A stretch of 63,272 nucleotides of DNA, filler included, from Octopus bimaculoides (taxonomy: Eukaryota), in the NCBI RefSeq assembly GCF_001194135.2. It is 5 parts of 5 records of this genome, joined end to end, with 100 filler letters (N's around TTAATTAATTAA, not from the genome) between each part and the next. Parts side by side here need not be neighbours in the genome. Positions count along the whole stretch, not along the records: positions 1 to 21,953 come from NC_068981.1; 4 more parts are not named here. The stretch is one strand, 5' to 3'. The notes below the pieces were generated by a model. That model saw nothing but the letters and a program-made list of their open reading frames with translations, did not search any database and was not told the origin of the DNA. The position numbers were made by a program, and so were the translations under genes. Shown in pieces: positions 1-13,818 of the stretch; the first letter of the stretch is position 1, and every line of letters begins with the position of its first letter.

Positions 1-315
1 CCTAGCCTCTGCTCTGCTTCCACCTTTATGGATAAGACATATGGTGCCTTTCTTCAGCTTTTTGGGAAGTTTACCATTTGCAAGGAAACTCTGGAAGAGT
101 ATCCGGAGTGGTCCTGCTAATTCTTGTTTACACGACTTTAAGAGGACAGCTGGGAAGCCAGTTGCCGAATTTGAGCTCATTTCATTTATGGCAGCTATCA
201 CATCTTCCTCTTCAATATCGATGTAGGTAATGGATGCAGTCTTTTTCTGCTGAGTGCTATTGTCAAAGAAATCAGCTGGGTTCTTTATCTGCATGTGACT
301 CAGAGGAGAAGTGAA
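1..315 (-). mobile_element. LINE ORF2 fragment (N-terminal part of RT domain; CR1/L2/Jockey-like), truncated by window edge
   Basis: Manual minus-strand translation: ...IDIEEEDVIAAINEMSSNSATGFPAVLLKSCKQELAGPLRILFQSFLANGKLPKKLKKGTICLIHKGGSRAEAR, matching the pre-RT consensus (AIxxL..SAxGPDG.PA.LLK.C...LA.PL..LF..SL..G.LP..WK...I.PI.K.G.R...NYRPIS). Its 5' side abuts a (TA)n tract. Confidence 0.85.
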
Positions 316-624
316 GTATGTATGTATATATATATATATATATATATGGACAGTGCATGTGTGGATACATACACGCACACACACATATATGTATGCATAT
401 GGGTTAGTATCTTTATGCATGCAAATTCTACGTCAGTTATTTGTGTTTACATATATAATTGTTGAAAATAAACATAAATGTTAATTTGTTTAGTTATAAA
501 AACTGTAACTGCAGTTTGTTATAAAGTTTCCTTCATACCTCGAAATTCCTGGTTAAAACAAGACACATCGTGACCAGCGATGTTTAAGAATATCTGATAG
601 CCTGGCCTCTCATGTGATCACGTG

Positions 625-708
<84 letters not shown>

Positions 709-785
709 GTGTGTGTGCGTGTGTGAGTGTGTGCGTGTGTGTGCATGTTTGTGTGTATGGATGTGTGTGTGGCTTTCTGTTTGTG
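625..785. repeat. (TA)n-(TG)n compound microsatellite
   Basis: Directly visible; it generates the spurious CVCV/HTHT ORFs. Confidence 0.97.
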
Positions 786-1279
786 CATGTTGTCCCCACT
801 ACTTGGTAACTGATGTTGGAGTGTTTACGTTCACATAAGCTAGCAGTTCCTTAAAATTCGGGAAAAATATACCAGGCATAAGAAAGATAGAAGTCATATC
901 TATTTGCTCGATTAAAATTCTTCAAGGCGGTGTCCCAGCTTGGTCGTAGTTTGATGACTGACGAAGGCAAAAGAAACACTAAATTCTTGAATAAAAAGTT
1001 TGGCTAAGGGAGGTAACCGGTGTTCACTTATATCAGTAATACTATGGCCCTGAAATCTCTCGCGATTGCTTTACCTGCTAGAAATAGCAAACCAAATGCT
1101 TTTAAATCATATCCTAATGCTGGATATTCAAGAACCCAATGAGGGGTAGATTGTCAATCCCGGGATCATCCTGATTACAAATGATATGATATGTCTCTGC
1201 AGAGCAAATGTAGAATGAGATACAGGGCTTCCAGATGAGCAGACAGAATTTCGCTTTTATTAATACGTGCATACATAAA

Positions 1280-1313
<34 letters not shown>

Positions 1314-3154
1314 CATACATACACACACGCAGACACGTATATATATATATATACACATACACATAGTTATGCAAAATATTTCTATATTCATATAGGTTTT
1401 CGCCAGCATCGTATAATTGTAAGCAATTCAATACAACTTAAGTACTTTCATGAGACAACAAGTTAGGTGCCAGGTGCACGAGTTATAATCCAAGCCAATC
1501 AAGTAGTACTTTTATGAACAACGGGTTAGTGTTGTATATATATGCGTGTACGTATGTATATTTATATATATACATATACACATACATGTGTGTGTATGTG
1601 TGCTCGCGCGCGCATGTGCGTGAGTGTAAATATATTCTTTTATACTTGTAGTGCGCACGTGTTTCATGTAAGTGTAATATTTTGTGCATCTGTGTTAGGG
1701 TGCCTATGTAAGGTAAACATTTTTCATTAGACATTTAAGTATCGTTTGTGCATCCCATACACGAAAGGAAATATCTTATACCAGAAGATATTTAAAAACG
1801 TGGCAAGTAGTCCATATAGTGACAATTATGAAACTGTAGATATTTACTCACTGATATATATTATATTTTACACTTTAACATATTAACCTTTATTATGATC
1901 CAAAGAGAAAAATTGGCTTTCGTGATATTAAAATATAGAAAAAAACATCATGATATATTAATACTCGTTTGGGCACTTATGACGAAGACACTCTCAGCAT
2001 CTACTGATTTCCCACAAAACGCGACAATAACCCGAATTTACTGAGCATCATAGATTCGGTTAAAAGAAATTATGTTCTTATTTCGCGGAATCGTCTTATG
2101 AAGCTAAATTTATAAGTTCTAAAATTGCAGAAGAATTCGTTTCTGGGCAGTTTAGTTTAATGGTAAAACACTTGACGCGTAACGTATTTTTCTGCAATAT
2201 ATGGATAAATTATCCTGATCACGCTATTTATAGCATTATCACGCGTTTGAGAAATAAATTTATTTCCGTATCTTATATATATGTATGTGTGTATATATAT
2301 AAACCTATTTTACTAATTGTAGTAGTTATAATTTGTAATTAGAAAGTGTGTATTAATTAGTACGATAATAGATTTAGTGAATCTTATATATTAATAATTA
2401 AATGATACTATGATTTTTATAAAATAAATAATATGAATATTTAAATTAATTTATTTAATGTAAATATATTAATTCATAGTATTTTAGCTTCTTTCATGTC
2501 TATTATCTAGTTTACGTATTTTAGTATTAATTTATCAGACTTCAAATTTATTTAGATTTTAAAATTTCCAGTAAATGTTTATAATACAGTTATTGTTTTT
2601 ATTATGATTAAAGCTAATATACATTTTAATTTTATAAATAAAACTTACATGTTTATATACCTCTTTATTATATTACTTTTCTTTACGCCATATTTTCACG
2701 CAACTAAATTCTAATAAACGCTAAGTTAATCGTATGATGTTTAAAACTGTAGTTTAAACTCAAGCTTCGATAAGATAAGTATTGCATTTATTTTCTGTAA
2801 TATTGTTAAGTGTTTTTCTTTTATTCATTAGTAAAATAAGTATTTTTATATAAATTCAATTGATATTTATTTTTAGTCGATATATATACATTCATTTTAT
2901 TATTAGTATTGTATTTTGACCTGAAGATTAGTTATATTTTTTAATAGAATTGATTTTCGATCGATTTATTTTGAATCAATTTGATTTTTTATTTTATTTT
3001 CTATTTGAAAATGTTATGAAACACGTGTAGTAATTTTTATTATTTTAATATTTATCATTTTGTACTTTTTTGATTTTTATTATAGGTCTTTTTAGTTTTC
3101 TATATGATTGTAGATTTTCATGGATGAATTCAATAATTGTGGAGTTTGTTCTCT

Positions 3155-3195
<41 letters not shown>

Positions 3196-3603
3196 TATCT
3201 GCATCTCTTAGTGGTCTAGGTCGGATATGCAATCTATATGGGTTACTTTTCAAAACATTGGTTTCAAAAGCCACATCATATATCTTAATGGTTCTTAATG
3301 GTTCATAAGGAGTAGACAACCACCATATTTATATATTTTTACATATAAACAGACGCACACACATACGCACAGTTCTAAATATAACAGTACATACGCAAAG
3401 ATTGTGATATATTTTCGTTGTTCCAAGTTATTATTGTCATTGAATATGACGTTCTTGGTTTGAAAATGGAATATTCAGTAATATCAGTCAACTAATGATA
3501 GGAAATAAGAAAATGTCATTTTCATTTGTAGATATAATTTTCTTATAAACATGATCACGACTGTGTTTTGTCGAAACTCTCCATGTTTTACGAGGGTTAT
3601 AAC

Positions 3604-3670
3604 GACATCACAATTGTTAAGGACATCGATTTTGTTTAGGACATCACATTTGTTAAGGACATCAAAATTG
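3604..3670. repeat. 18-bp minisatellite, about 3.7 copies (GACATCACAATTGTTAAG-like)
   Basis: Units gacatcacaattgttaag / gacatcgattttgtttag / gacatcacatttgttaag / gacatcaaaattg. Confidence 0.85.
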
Positions 3671-4789
3671 TATTTCGATAATTTAGAATAGAAAAGTGTC
3701 CATGCCTTTCTAGTATGACATACAATCCTTTTCAGGTTCCATTTTATTTTCAAAGGAAAGGCTGTTCCCCAAATAGTTTAAGTGTTATTTAGTTAAACCA
3801 CAATTATATTATTGATTTTATAGCAAAATATGTAGGTTACAGATAATTAATGTTATAGCATAATTCACGATAATTGTACTTTGATGGCAAATAACTAATT
3901 CAATAGCATAATGTGGATTTTCAATTTGTAAAGTAATTAGATATTCATTGTCTCTATTTCAGAATTCAAACATTTCAATTACTAATTCTTTTTTAAATAT
4001 GTGCTATTATCTCTGAATAGCAACTATTATACTGATGTCCCATTAACAATAAAGCGCATCAATTATTAACAACGTAGCGTAAAGTGATATTTCCTCACTA
4101 CAAAAGAATCAAGACTGTCTCCTCTTGTCGGAAAGAAACAGAATTAATGAAAATGTTTGCAAAATTGATTTTTAAAAAAAATATGGTAATTACTCCATTA
4201 ATTATATCTTTAAATATCGCTGTGCAATGCCTTTTCTTGTAATGATACAAAAAAATCAGTTATTTATTTACACTAGCATTTCCTCTGCCTGTAGCAGAAA
4301 TAAAGCGGAACTCTACGCGCTCTAAAAATAGAAAAGCACCGTTCTTTAGCTGATAATTATTACAAAGAAATAAATAGAGGATCCCTAGAATATATCATTT
4401 TACTCTTAAAATAATATTGGCTTAAATTTGTCACTTTTCAAATCTACTCGCTTCAGTTCTTAGTAATTTAAAATAGGCTATTTGGTACTGAGATGAAGCT
4501 GTTAGACGGACTGAATCTGTCATTGGTACTCATAATACTAACACACACACACACAGATTAACCTATGTTGAGTAAGGTGAAATTTAATGCAAAACCGAAA
4601 TATGACACAAAAAAGTGGAAAACAACTTGTTACAAATCCAATCAGTATCTACGGTGCTAGCAGAAGCAGCCAAAACTTCCTTGAGATTCACCCTGATTGG
4701 CTGAAAACGAATATATAACTTATTTAATGCAGTCCACTGACTGAAGATACATATCAGGTTGGTTGGTAGTGACTGATATGATTTAGATT

Positions 4790-4997
4790 CTTTTCTACTC
4801 CCGAAATTTTTGGTGAGTTGGGGTCCAGTCGATTAGATCGACCCCAGGACGCAACTGGTACCTACTCTATCGACCCCAAAAGGATGAAAGGCAAGGTCGA
4901 ATTCGGTGGAATTGAACTCAGAACACGAAGACAGACGAGATACCGCTTAGCATTTCGCCTGGCGTCCTAAAGTTTCTGCCAGCTCGCCGCCTTTGAC
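4790..4997 (-). mobile_element. tRNA-derived SINE (family A: GGCGGCGAGCTGGCAGAA head) with 12-bp TSD
   Basis: Homologous to copies at 37148-37362 and 54853-55061. The direct repeat ATGATTTAGATT lies at 4778-4789 and 4998-5009. Confidence 0.85.
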
Positions 4998-7900
4998 ATG
5001 ATTTAGATTATTATTCTGATGAAACAGATGACTTCCATTTAACTATTTCTGTTCTGAATTTTTAACAGTGAACTATTGCTGGGTATTAAATGTAGTGCAC
5101 AAAAGACAAATATCTGCGTAGCATAATATTAAGTAACTTCTGGTATTTTTATGATGGAATATTTAAAAAATGGACAACGAAATGTATCTGAGAAGTAATT
5201 GGACTTAAGAAACGGATCGGTAAAAATTGCACTATGTGACATTCAAATGGTACAATCGTCCACAGAAAACTATGTTTCATACTTTGCATATTTCATTTCA
5301 CTGCTAACATTATTTATCTCTGCAATGCATTGCAATAAAAAAAATATTCATGATACAGAAATATCGGGAACCATGGCTGTTATAAGTTCTATTATTTTTC
5401 AATTTTAAGACAATAATTTATATAAAACTACATAATATCATATCTTTCTCTAAATATTTCTATAGTGTCTTCACTTTTGTTACAAAATTAAGTAGGTTTG
5501 ATTTTTAAATTTAACATTTGAACATGAACATTTTTAAAGCAGAACATCTGAAATCAAACATTATAACAAGCAGGAAATTATTGTAGATTCAGTAAGAATG
5601 CAAATAGATTCATCATATGTAAGCTATTACACACATAAGTGAGTATTTTTTTTAATATCTGTGTAGCTTTCTCACATCTCTATATAGAATGAACCAATAC
5701 GTCTCCGGTTCTGGTTATTTTGTCTCTTTCCTCATGAGAGGTTATATTTTCAAGACAAACCTAATTGAACATAAAGTAGTAAAAATTCCATTTAATGAAA
5801 AGCTAACAGTTTAATAATTTACTTTCTAAAGATGTGTACAAACGAAAATGTATAAATTAGTCATAAATGCTCATACACACACACAAAAGTAGGCACACAC
5901 ACATATAAATATAATTGGTGGGACGACCATTTTCGAACAACAATTACTTTCCGCTCAAACCACACACTACCGTATTAAAAAAGGGGTTCAAGTTAGTGTG
6001 TCACTCGATAAAGTTTAGCTTAATGATGGATGACCAATCAGGTCCCGCTCTAGACTCAATATAAATAACAGTATAATCAAAATATTATACAGTTTTTCGA
6101 AATATATGGGAGGAAGTATTGCCAGGGTAAAACTATGCTACATTCCCCTATTCATTTTCATTTTCATTAGTTCCCTTTTGTTTGCTATGATGTTGTCTAA
6201 CTAATATCTATATATTTAGAATAACATCAACACATTTTTTTCAATTTTTTTTTATAATGATTGAATCCTATTCATAAAGTATATACCCATGTATTATATT
6301 GTAACATCATCACTGAATTAAATTTATATATTCACTGTCAGCTGAAGTGAATTAAATTCATCCGGAACAGATTTCTAAAAGATTAAAAAATACATAAATC
6401 AGGTGAAGATACAAAAGCAGCCCTTATCAATATTTTTATTGACAGATATAAATTCTTTTATCCATAATGAATAATTCAGTTACAGTATTGTAATGAAATT
6501 GAGCACAAACAATGCTGTAGAGCAGGGATGCAAACAGAATGCAATTAACCGCAATCTGTTTTCACCCTATCTATTTAACGTTCAAGTTTACATTCAAAAC
6601 ATATAAATGTAAACTTTGAATAATTTATCTCAAAATGGAATTAATGACGAAAATCAATATATAAGCATTTAAATGCAAGTATATCAACAGAATAAAATAG
6701 TTAATTATAAGACAAATAATGAACAAAGTTCGCCTTTTCACGGTAGGGAATTTTGTCTATTATCAAACGAGAGAGAAAACCGTGTGTGGTTGTACTCTTT
6801 ATGACACTGGAAACAAAACTTAGCTGGTGATTTGTTTGTTATTAGTATTGCTTTTGTCATAATCGTTATCATGTAGCTTTTGTATTTCTGTATAATGCTA
6901 TGGCAGTATATTTGTAGATTGAATTATTTTATTTTGGAAATTTCGTGAATAACAAGGGAATAAATATTAATATTTTGCTAAGTTATCCCCTCTTCGAAAT
7001 CATTAGCGAAATATATGGAAACGTGTGTATCTGTATCTACTCACTGTTATCTTCCTACAATCCTTCACTGAGTAAAACTTATATTTTCTTTATGTACAAA
7101 AGAATGTTATCTAAAAAGAATGCAGAAACGATGAATTGGGATCAAATAGATCTGCTGAGATGAATGTACGGAATACAAAAAAAATGCAATACAAAGTCAG
7201 CATATATAGAATTGGAACATAGATTCTAGGGTCATAAAACAATTTTAAAGTTTGACTTTAGCGGTGTCCGACGTGTTCACTCTATTATACAGTCCTTACT
7301 ATTTTCAAATTAGTCATGAGGAAGATACATTGAGAATTTGACACTCTATAGATATGATAATCAGTGAAAATAATATGGGTGCGTCTCAGTTTTCCCACGT
7401 GTACTGAAATAAGCACTAACTTACTCTGATGCCTCTCTTCCATAATTCATTCATGCATCAAATTCTTTACACCTACTGGAGTCTCTGGGCAATATTTAAT
7501 AGCATTACATTTTATAGATGTGTAAAGAAGCCTATGGGCTTTTATACACATGCGCTCTCAATGAATAGTCTGCAGTATTAACAGGAAAAAGCAAAAGAGT
7601 AACGTCGTGTAACATAGTGCCTTGAAGCCTCTACAGCGGTCATGGTTTTAACAGAGCTTTCTTGTCCGTTATCAAAAATGCTTCTAAAACTTTTCAGATT
7701 TTCCAGTCCATCATCCCTCTTCAAATATGGCACTCAGAGCAGTGTTGAAGTCTTACAACAGCATTTCATTATCCCCCATGTCACTCGGAACACATTCAAA
7801 AACATTCTACCGGAAGCCCACCTCTAGACGCCTTTACCTTTAGCGCCAAATAAACTAAGTTGCTAAATCTAAAATGTCATACTATCCCAATGTAGTACGA

Positions 7901-8369
7901 AACTTCGATTAGAAGGGATTAAATGTTAACGCCATGAGATCCGTTTTAAGGGGTGACACAACAAAGAGGTTGAGCGCACAAATATGAAATGTCAGTACAA
8001 TTAAAGTAACGTAGAAAATTATGAAATTCTCTGGTCCGACTGTAAGCTGCGACCTAACATATGAAGGTGAGGATAGAAAGGTATGCAATATCTTATCTTC
8101 AATTAAGCTTACCACCAAAGAATTAGTTATTCTTTTTCTAAATATGAGCATAATTTCGTGAATTAATTCTTCATTTCTTGAAATTATTCATTCTCCTTCA
8201 AAGTCATAAACAATTTACTAAGAAATTTACTATCAAAATAATTTCCTATAAACATCAATAAATTATGTATTGTGTATAGTATTCACTATCCCCTTTATTT
8301 ATACATGCACACTCACACAAACACTCGCACATACACCTACAGACATATGTGTAAATCTATGCCTATAGA

Positions 8370-8423
<54 letters not shown>

Positions 8424-11400
8424 NNNNNNNNNNNNNNNNNNNNNNNNNNNNNNNNNNNNNNNNNNNNNNNNNNNNNNNNNNNNNNNNNNNNNNNNNNNNN
8501 NNNNNNNNNNNNNNNNNNNNNNNNNNNNNNNNNNNNNNNNNNNNNNNNNNNNNNNNNNNNNNNNNNNNNNNNNNNNNNNNNNNNNNNNNNNNNNNNNNNN
8601 NNNNNNNNNNNNNNNNNNNNNNNNNNNNNNNNNNNNNNNNNNNNNNNNNNNNNNNNNNNNNNNNNNNNNNNNNNNNNNNNNNNNNNNNNNNNNNNNNNNN
8701 NNNNNNNNNNNNNNNNNNNNNNNNNNNNNNNNNNNNNNNNNNNNNNNNNNNNNNNNNNNNNNNNNNNNNNNNNNNNNNNNNNNNNNNNNNNNNNNNNNNN
8801 NNNNNNNNNNNNNNNNNNNNNNNNNNNNNNNNNNNNNNNNNNNNNNNNNNNNNNNNNNNNNNNNNNNNNNNNNNNNNNNNNNNNNNNNNNNNNNNNNNNN
8901 NNNNNNNNNNNNNNNNNNNNNNNNNNNNNNNNNNNNNNNNNNNNNNNNNNNNNNNNNNNNNNNNNNNNNNNNNNNNNNNNNNNNNNNNNNNNNNNNNNNN
9001 NNNNNNNNNNNNNNNNNNNNNNNNNNNNNNNNNNNNNNNNNNNNNNNNNNNNNNNNNNNNNNNNNNNNNNNNNNNNNNNNNNNNNNNNNNNNNNNNNNNN
9101 NNNNNNNNNNNNNNNNNNNNNNNNNNNNNNNNNNNNNNNNNNNNNNNNNNNNNNNNNNNNNNNNNNNNNNNNNNNNNNNNNNNNNNNNATATATATATAT
9201 ATACATGTAGACAGACAACAAAGGATTGATGGAGAATGAGAGACATCGAAACGGATACGTACTGGTAGACATGAATATAGGGGTCGAAGAAATAAATAAA
9301 TGATGGAAAATGCATATATCGTTTTACTTTCTAGAAACAACACAACAGGTGGTCATCATACTTGCAAATACGAAACTGATTTGTGCCACGGGATAGCTAT
9401 TCACTTTGGAGTACACGGTAATAAGGTAAAATATATGAAAAAATAGAACTAAAATAAGAATTTCGAGAGATCTGCATTTTTGGATGGTTGAAGTGTTCGG
9501 GAAAGGTGCTTTTGAGTGTATTAGTTATATACTCCTGTTTTGTCGCATTCCTTTTGTTTGTAGGAAGGATCTGTATTTTTTTTTTTGCAAGTTACTGGAT
9601 CATGGATATTGCTAACTTATCAGATATATTTTGTGGAGTCGTACTCTAGTAAAATAGTGTACAAACAAACACATAGCCTCATAGTGCACTTCTTACTCAT
9701 GGGATCAGTGAATCGGCCTTAACTGATTAACATATTGGGCGGGTAATATTTATCATAGCTTCGTCAGCCGAAGTGTTAAGATTTAAATTGGGTAGACATG
9801 AACAATGAAAAAAACCGTCAGTTGCATTGTAAATATAATTTAATGTCACGCTTGTTTCAGTCTGCCGGAGAATGTTATAAAAAGTATTCCTACCTGCAAA
9901 ATAGTCCGCCATATTAATGTTAATTCAATGTGTAGTTAATTCGCTAACTCAAATAACGGAATACTACTAGTTAAAATTGATGAAGGTCATTTTTGTCTTA
10001 CATTTTTTAAATATGAATATCTTCACGATTAGCGTTCTTGAGCAATTGCGATGTGAGCGATGTAGGAAAAGAACCAGTACTGAAATTACAGAGGACCTAC
10101 CTGATTAGTGTGATGTCTGTGGAGACACAGTTTTGGGGATGTGAGTATGAAGAATGAACGTTTCTGCAAAGCCTCTTTTCAAGATGACTCAATATTGCTA
10201 GCTCCAAGTAGAAGAGATCACTGTAATCGTAACAACAGATATAGACCGAAGAAAGAGTATAAGTGAGGGATTAATATTTACATATAGAAAGGACGGAGTG
10301 TAATTAACCAGAAGAGATATTTTGTTTGTTGTTGTGAGAATCATTATCTGTACTTGGAACTACATATTACGCTTAGAGAAAAACTGTGATGTAGCAAGTG
10401 GACTGAATATTTTTCTTATCAATTTTTAGCAGGTCAATCGAAGTATTATCTGCTGTTGCCTCATCGGCTTCAGTAAACAAGATATGTAAGTACCATATTA
10501 GCGTGAGTCTAGTACTATGTTATTACATGTATTTTATGGCTCAAAATATAATTCGGGGTGCAATTCGTTCAATGTTACTTGCGAAGATTCATTGAGAGTT
10601 GGATATAGATTATCATGAGCATATGTAAGACTTTACGCATATATGCATATATTATGTTAAAATTGAACGTATCTGAATGATATCTTTACTGAATAAGTGA
10701 GTACACTCTACTATAAAATTAGCTTTCTAGTTCTGAGTAGAGCAGTCCCAAGTGATTATGCACTACAATAATAAGTAAAATATTACTACAATGGTAATTT
10801 ATTCTTCAATAAGCTATAACATTTTAAACTGATATTTGTATTAAATATCTTGTTTACATTAAAAATACCGTTGCTAGTAAGAAATATAGTTATAATTTTG
10901 TATATTGTATACATAATATACTGTATAACTAATATCACACAGTCAATTTCCTAATGCTCAAAAGATGTAGAAAATAAGAATACATTATTAAGACACATAG
11001 AAATATAACAGCTATGTTGAAAATCATATTATAAATTCAGATATTCATCATAATTAACGTGCGTAAAATATTATAGAGTTTATCTCCAATTTTAATAAAC
11101 AACGTTCAGAATAGAAGAAATCAGCAGCGAAATTATTCTGCTTTTGACTTGTTTATAATTACTAATTACTGAGGTTCAGCTGCACTGGTCCCTCGATATC
11201 TAGTGTTTACTATAATAAATATAATTTAATTATATGAACTTCAGAATATTTGAAATTTAAAAGAAAATTAGATGATATTTTCATCTCGAAAGAGATCACA
11301 AAGTATACATAAATATACAAAGAATGAAAACATAATTAAAGGATGAGAAAACAAAGTAATAAATGAAAATGCGAACATAGACAGAACGAATCAAACAAAA

Positions 11401-11781
11401 TTTCTTCAAAACGATATCGAAGATCTATAGAAACCAAAATAGGCACTGTGCAACATAATCTTTGAAATATTTTGCTTTGTCTCCTGATATCATTCGCCAT
11501 TATAATGTATATCTATTGTTCATTGTATACAGTAACTAGACGTGGAGACAAAATTATGGTAGCCTTCTTATAAATATTTTGTCCTTTATATTTATTCGAA
11601 ATTAGCTCTAACTTTACAAACATAAGAAGTATTCCTACTATAGTAGTCTGTGAATATATTCAACCGAGAAACTAAAAATTAATCGTATGAGAAAATGAAT
11701 ATAGAGACTTCATTACCAAAGAAAAGACCGACCTCTCACCATCCTTAACATTTATGAATAAACCAAAGCTTACATCATATA

Positions 11782-11825
<44 letters not shown>

Positions 11826-12842
11826 ATACAGACTGAAATAATGTCTTAGAATGAGAGAGGGGAGTGAGAACGAAAAAGAGAGAGAGAGATAAAAAATGAA
11901 GTACATTCCAAACTTTGGAGAAACAATAATTAAAACTGAAGCAGTATATGGGATAAACACAGAGTGACATATTGCTGACCTGGTATTATAGCAGCAAATC
12001 GGTATATGTCTATGAGTTAAAATTTTCGAACATCAGTTTCCAGTTTTGACATCAATTGAAGTACCATTACTATAAATTAATGTACCAATGGCTGAGTATT
12101 TTACTGTAAACAAAATCATCAGACAAAGTAATAGTGAGACAGTATGTTGTAGCAAGTAGAAAGCACTCGTAATGCTTCCTAACAGATACTGTCTAATTTC
12201 CTTTAAAATGCAACGGTAAATAGAGATATACATCAGGTTTTACTTAACCAATAAAAAATACACATGCTACCGAAACAAACTTCTTAATAATGCACCATGT
12301 CAGGATTATATGTGCAAAAATTTATATATCAGCTTTTAAAACACATTTTATACTAAGTAACCACATATAAGCTATTTTACAAAACATATAATGTGCTCAA
12401 ATATCCGTGATTATTTGTAACATTTTCTTTCACTAATACATGTAGAAAGCTTGTCAGCTTGTCATAACCGTTTTGACGTTTTGTGAAAATGGAGTTAAGG
12501 TATAAGACAATATATGAGACCAATTTCCTAATACTTGACACGGAAAATATTTTCCACTTATTCAAAATCTAATTTAAAATTCTGTCAAAAAGCAATATTA
12601 AAACAATTTACGGATAGAAATAAAAAACTAATATATAAGATATATGAGACAATATATGAGACAATATATTTTCTCTCTTGTTATTCTGTTCAAAACTAGG
12701 TGACTCCATCTCATGTAGTCCTCTGCTGTCTTGAATATCTTATTTCTTGTGTTTACTTTGCAAATGAAACATTAAGTATTCATCCATCGTTACTACTATG
12801 TGTGCTAGAAATACAATGTGCTACGGAAGAGAGGAATAAGTG

Positions 12843-12978
12843 ATGGAATGAATGAATGAATAAATGAAAGAAGGAAGGAAGGAAGGAAGGAAGGAAGGAA
12901 GGAAGGAAGGAAGGAAAGAAGGAAGGAAGGAAGGAAGGAAGGAAGGAAGGAAGGAAGAAAGGGAGGAAGGAAGGGAGG
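12843..12978. repeat. (GAAT)n-(GGAA)n tetranucleotide microsatellite
   Basis: Directly visible. Confidence 0.97.
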
Positions 12979-13776
12979 AATCATGGAATGTGATACAAAT
13001 GAGAGTAAAAGTATCGTTAAGAAATTGTAAGCATAGACTCAGTTTCCCAAACAAACACATGGTGCTAAATTCTCGTTAAACTGATTGTACGAGCATCCAG
13101 TTGGAGTCGATCTTCATTAGAGCCGATCCTTTCTTCGTTCCCGCTCAAAATAAATAAAATTAAAAAATTTAAAGTAACGCCCAAACTTCAGTAACTGCAT
13201 TGACTTTCGTTTCATTTTTGTTTAGGAGTCCTGAACATTGGAGATAAGTGTAACATTACGTATATCTTCCCTTGTTTATCATCTACTTGTTTCAGTCGTT
13301 GGAAAGCCTCATTCTAGGACACTGAACCTATACTCATTGTCAAGGTTCTGCATAGTGGGAATGACCCTGAAAACTTAGTTCTTAGTCACTCAACAAACAT
13401 AAAATGCGACAAATAACAGTAATATAACACAGGAGCGAAATGTGTATGTACTATGTATATGGGCAAGTGATATCCTCGCATTTTTTAACAATTACACACA
13501 CATTGCACACACCTCATAAAGCGAGAAAACAGAGAGATACAATTTGGTGAGATTTAAAAGGCAAAAATGTAAATCGAACTTAAATATTGATAGACTAGGA
13601 TGTAATATTCTTAACCAATTTAAGGTAGCGGATCTAACTCAACCATATTTGCTTATGTTACACCATAAGGTTCGTACTAAAGGTTCGTAAACTTCATTTT
13701 GTAAACTGATTATTAGCCATATTAGAAAACCTGAAGGTAGCTCAAGTCGAGTGAGAAAGTCACAGGTTCAGTTTCG

Positions 13777-13818
<42 letters not shown>

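Noticed and set aside
584-838. [16 protein letters not shown]-type ORFs throughout the window
   Set aside because: These are translations of dinucleotide microsatellites, open in several frames and on both strands.
5199-5408. Short hydrophobic ORF (MDLRNGSVK...)
   Set aside because: It starts at a TTG after an in-frame stop, has AT-rich composition, and shows no motif or splice support.
7642-7827. GC-richer ORF island
   Set aside because: No frame on either strand gave a recognisable motif or a consistent exon boundary.
8272-9343. Long ORFs of 200-380 aa spanning N-gaps (also at 26-27, 33-36, 39-40, 43, 57, 59-61 kb)
   Set aside because: They are open only because N codons translate as X, and their flanks are microsatellites.
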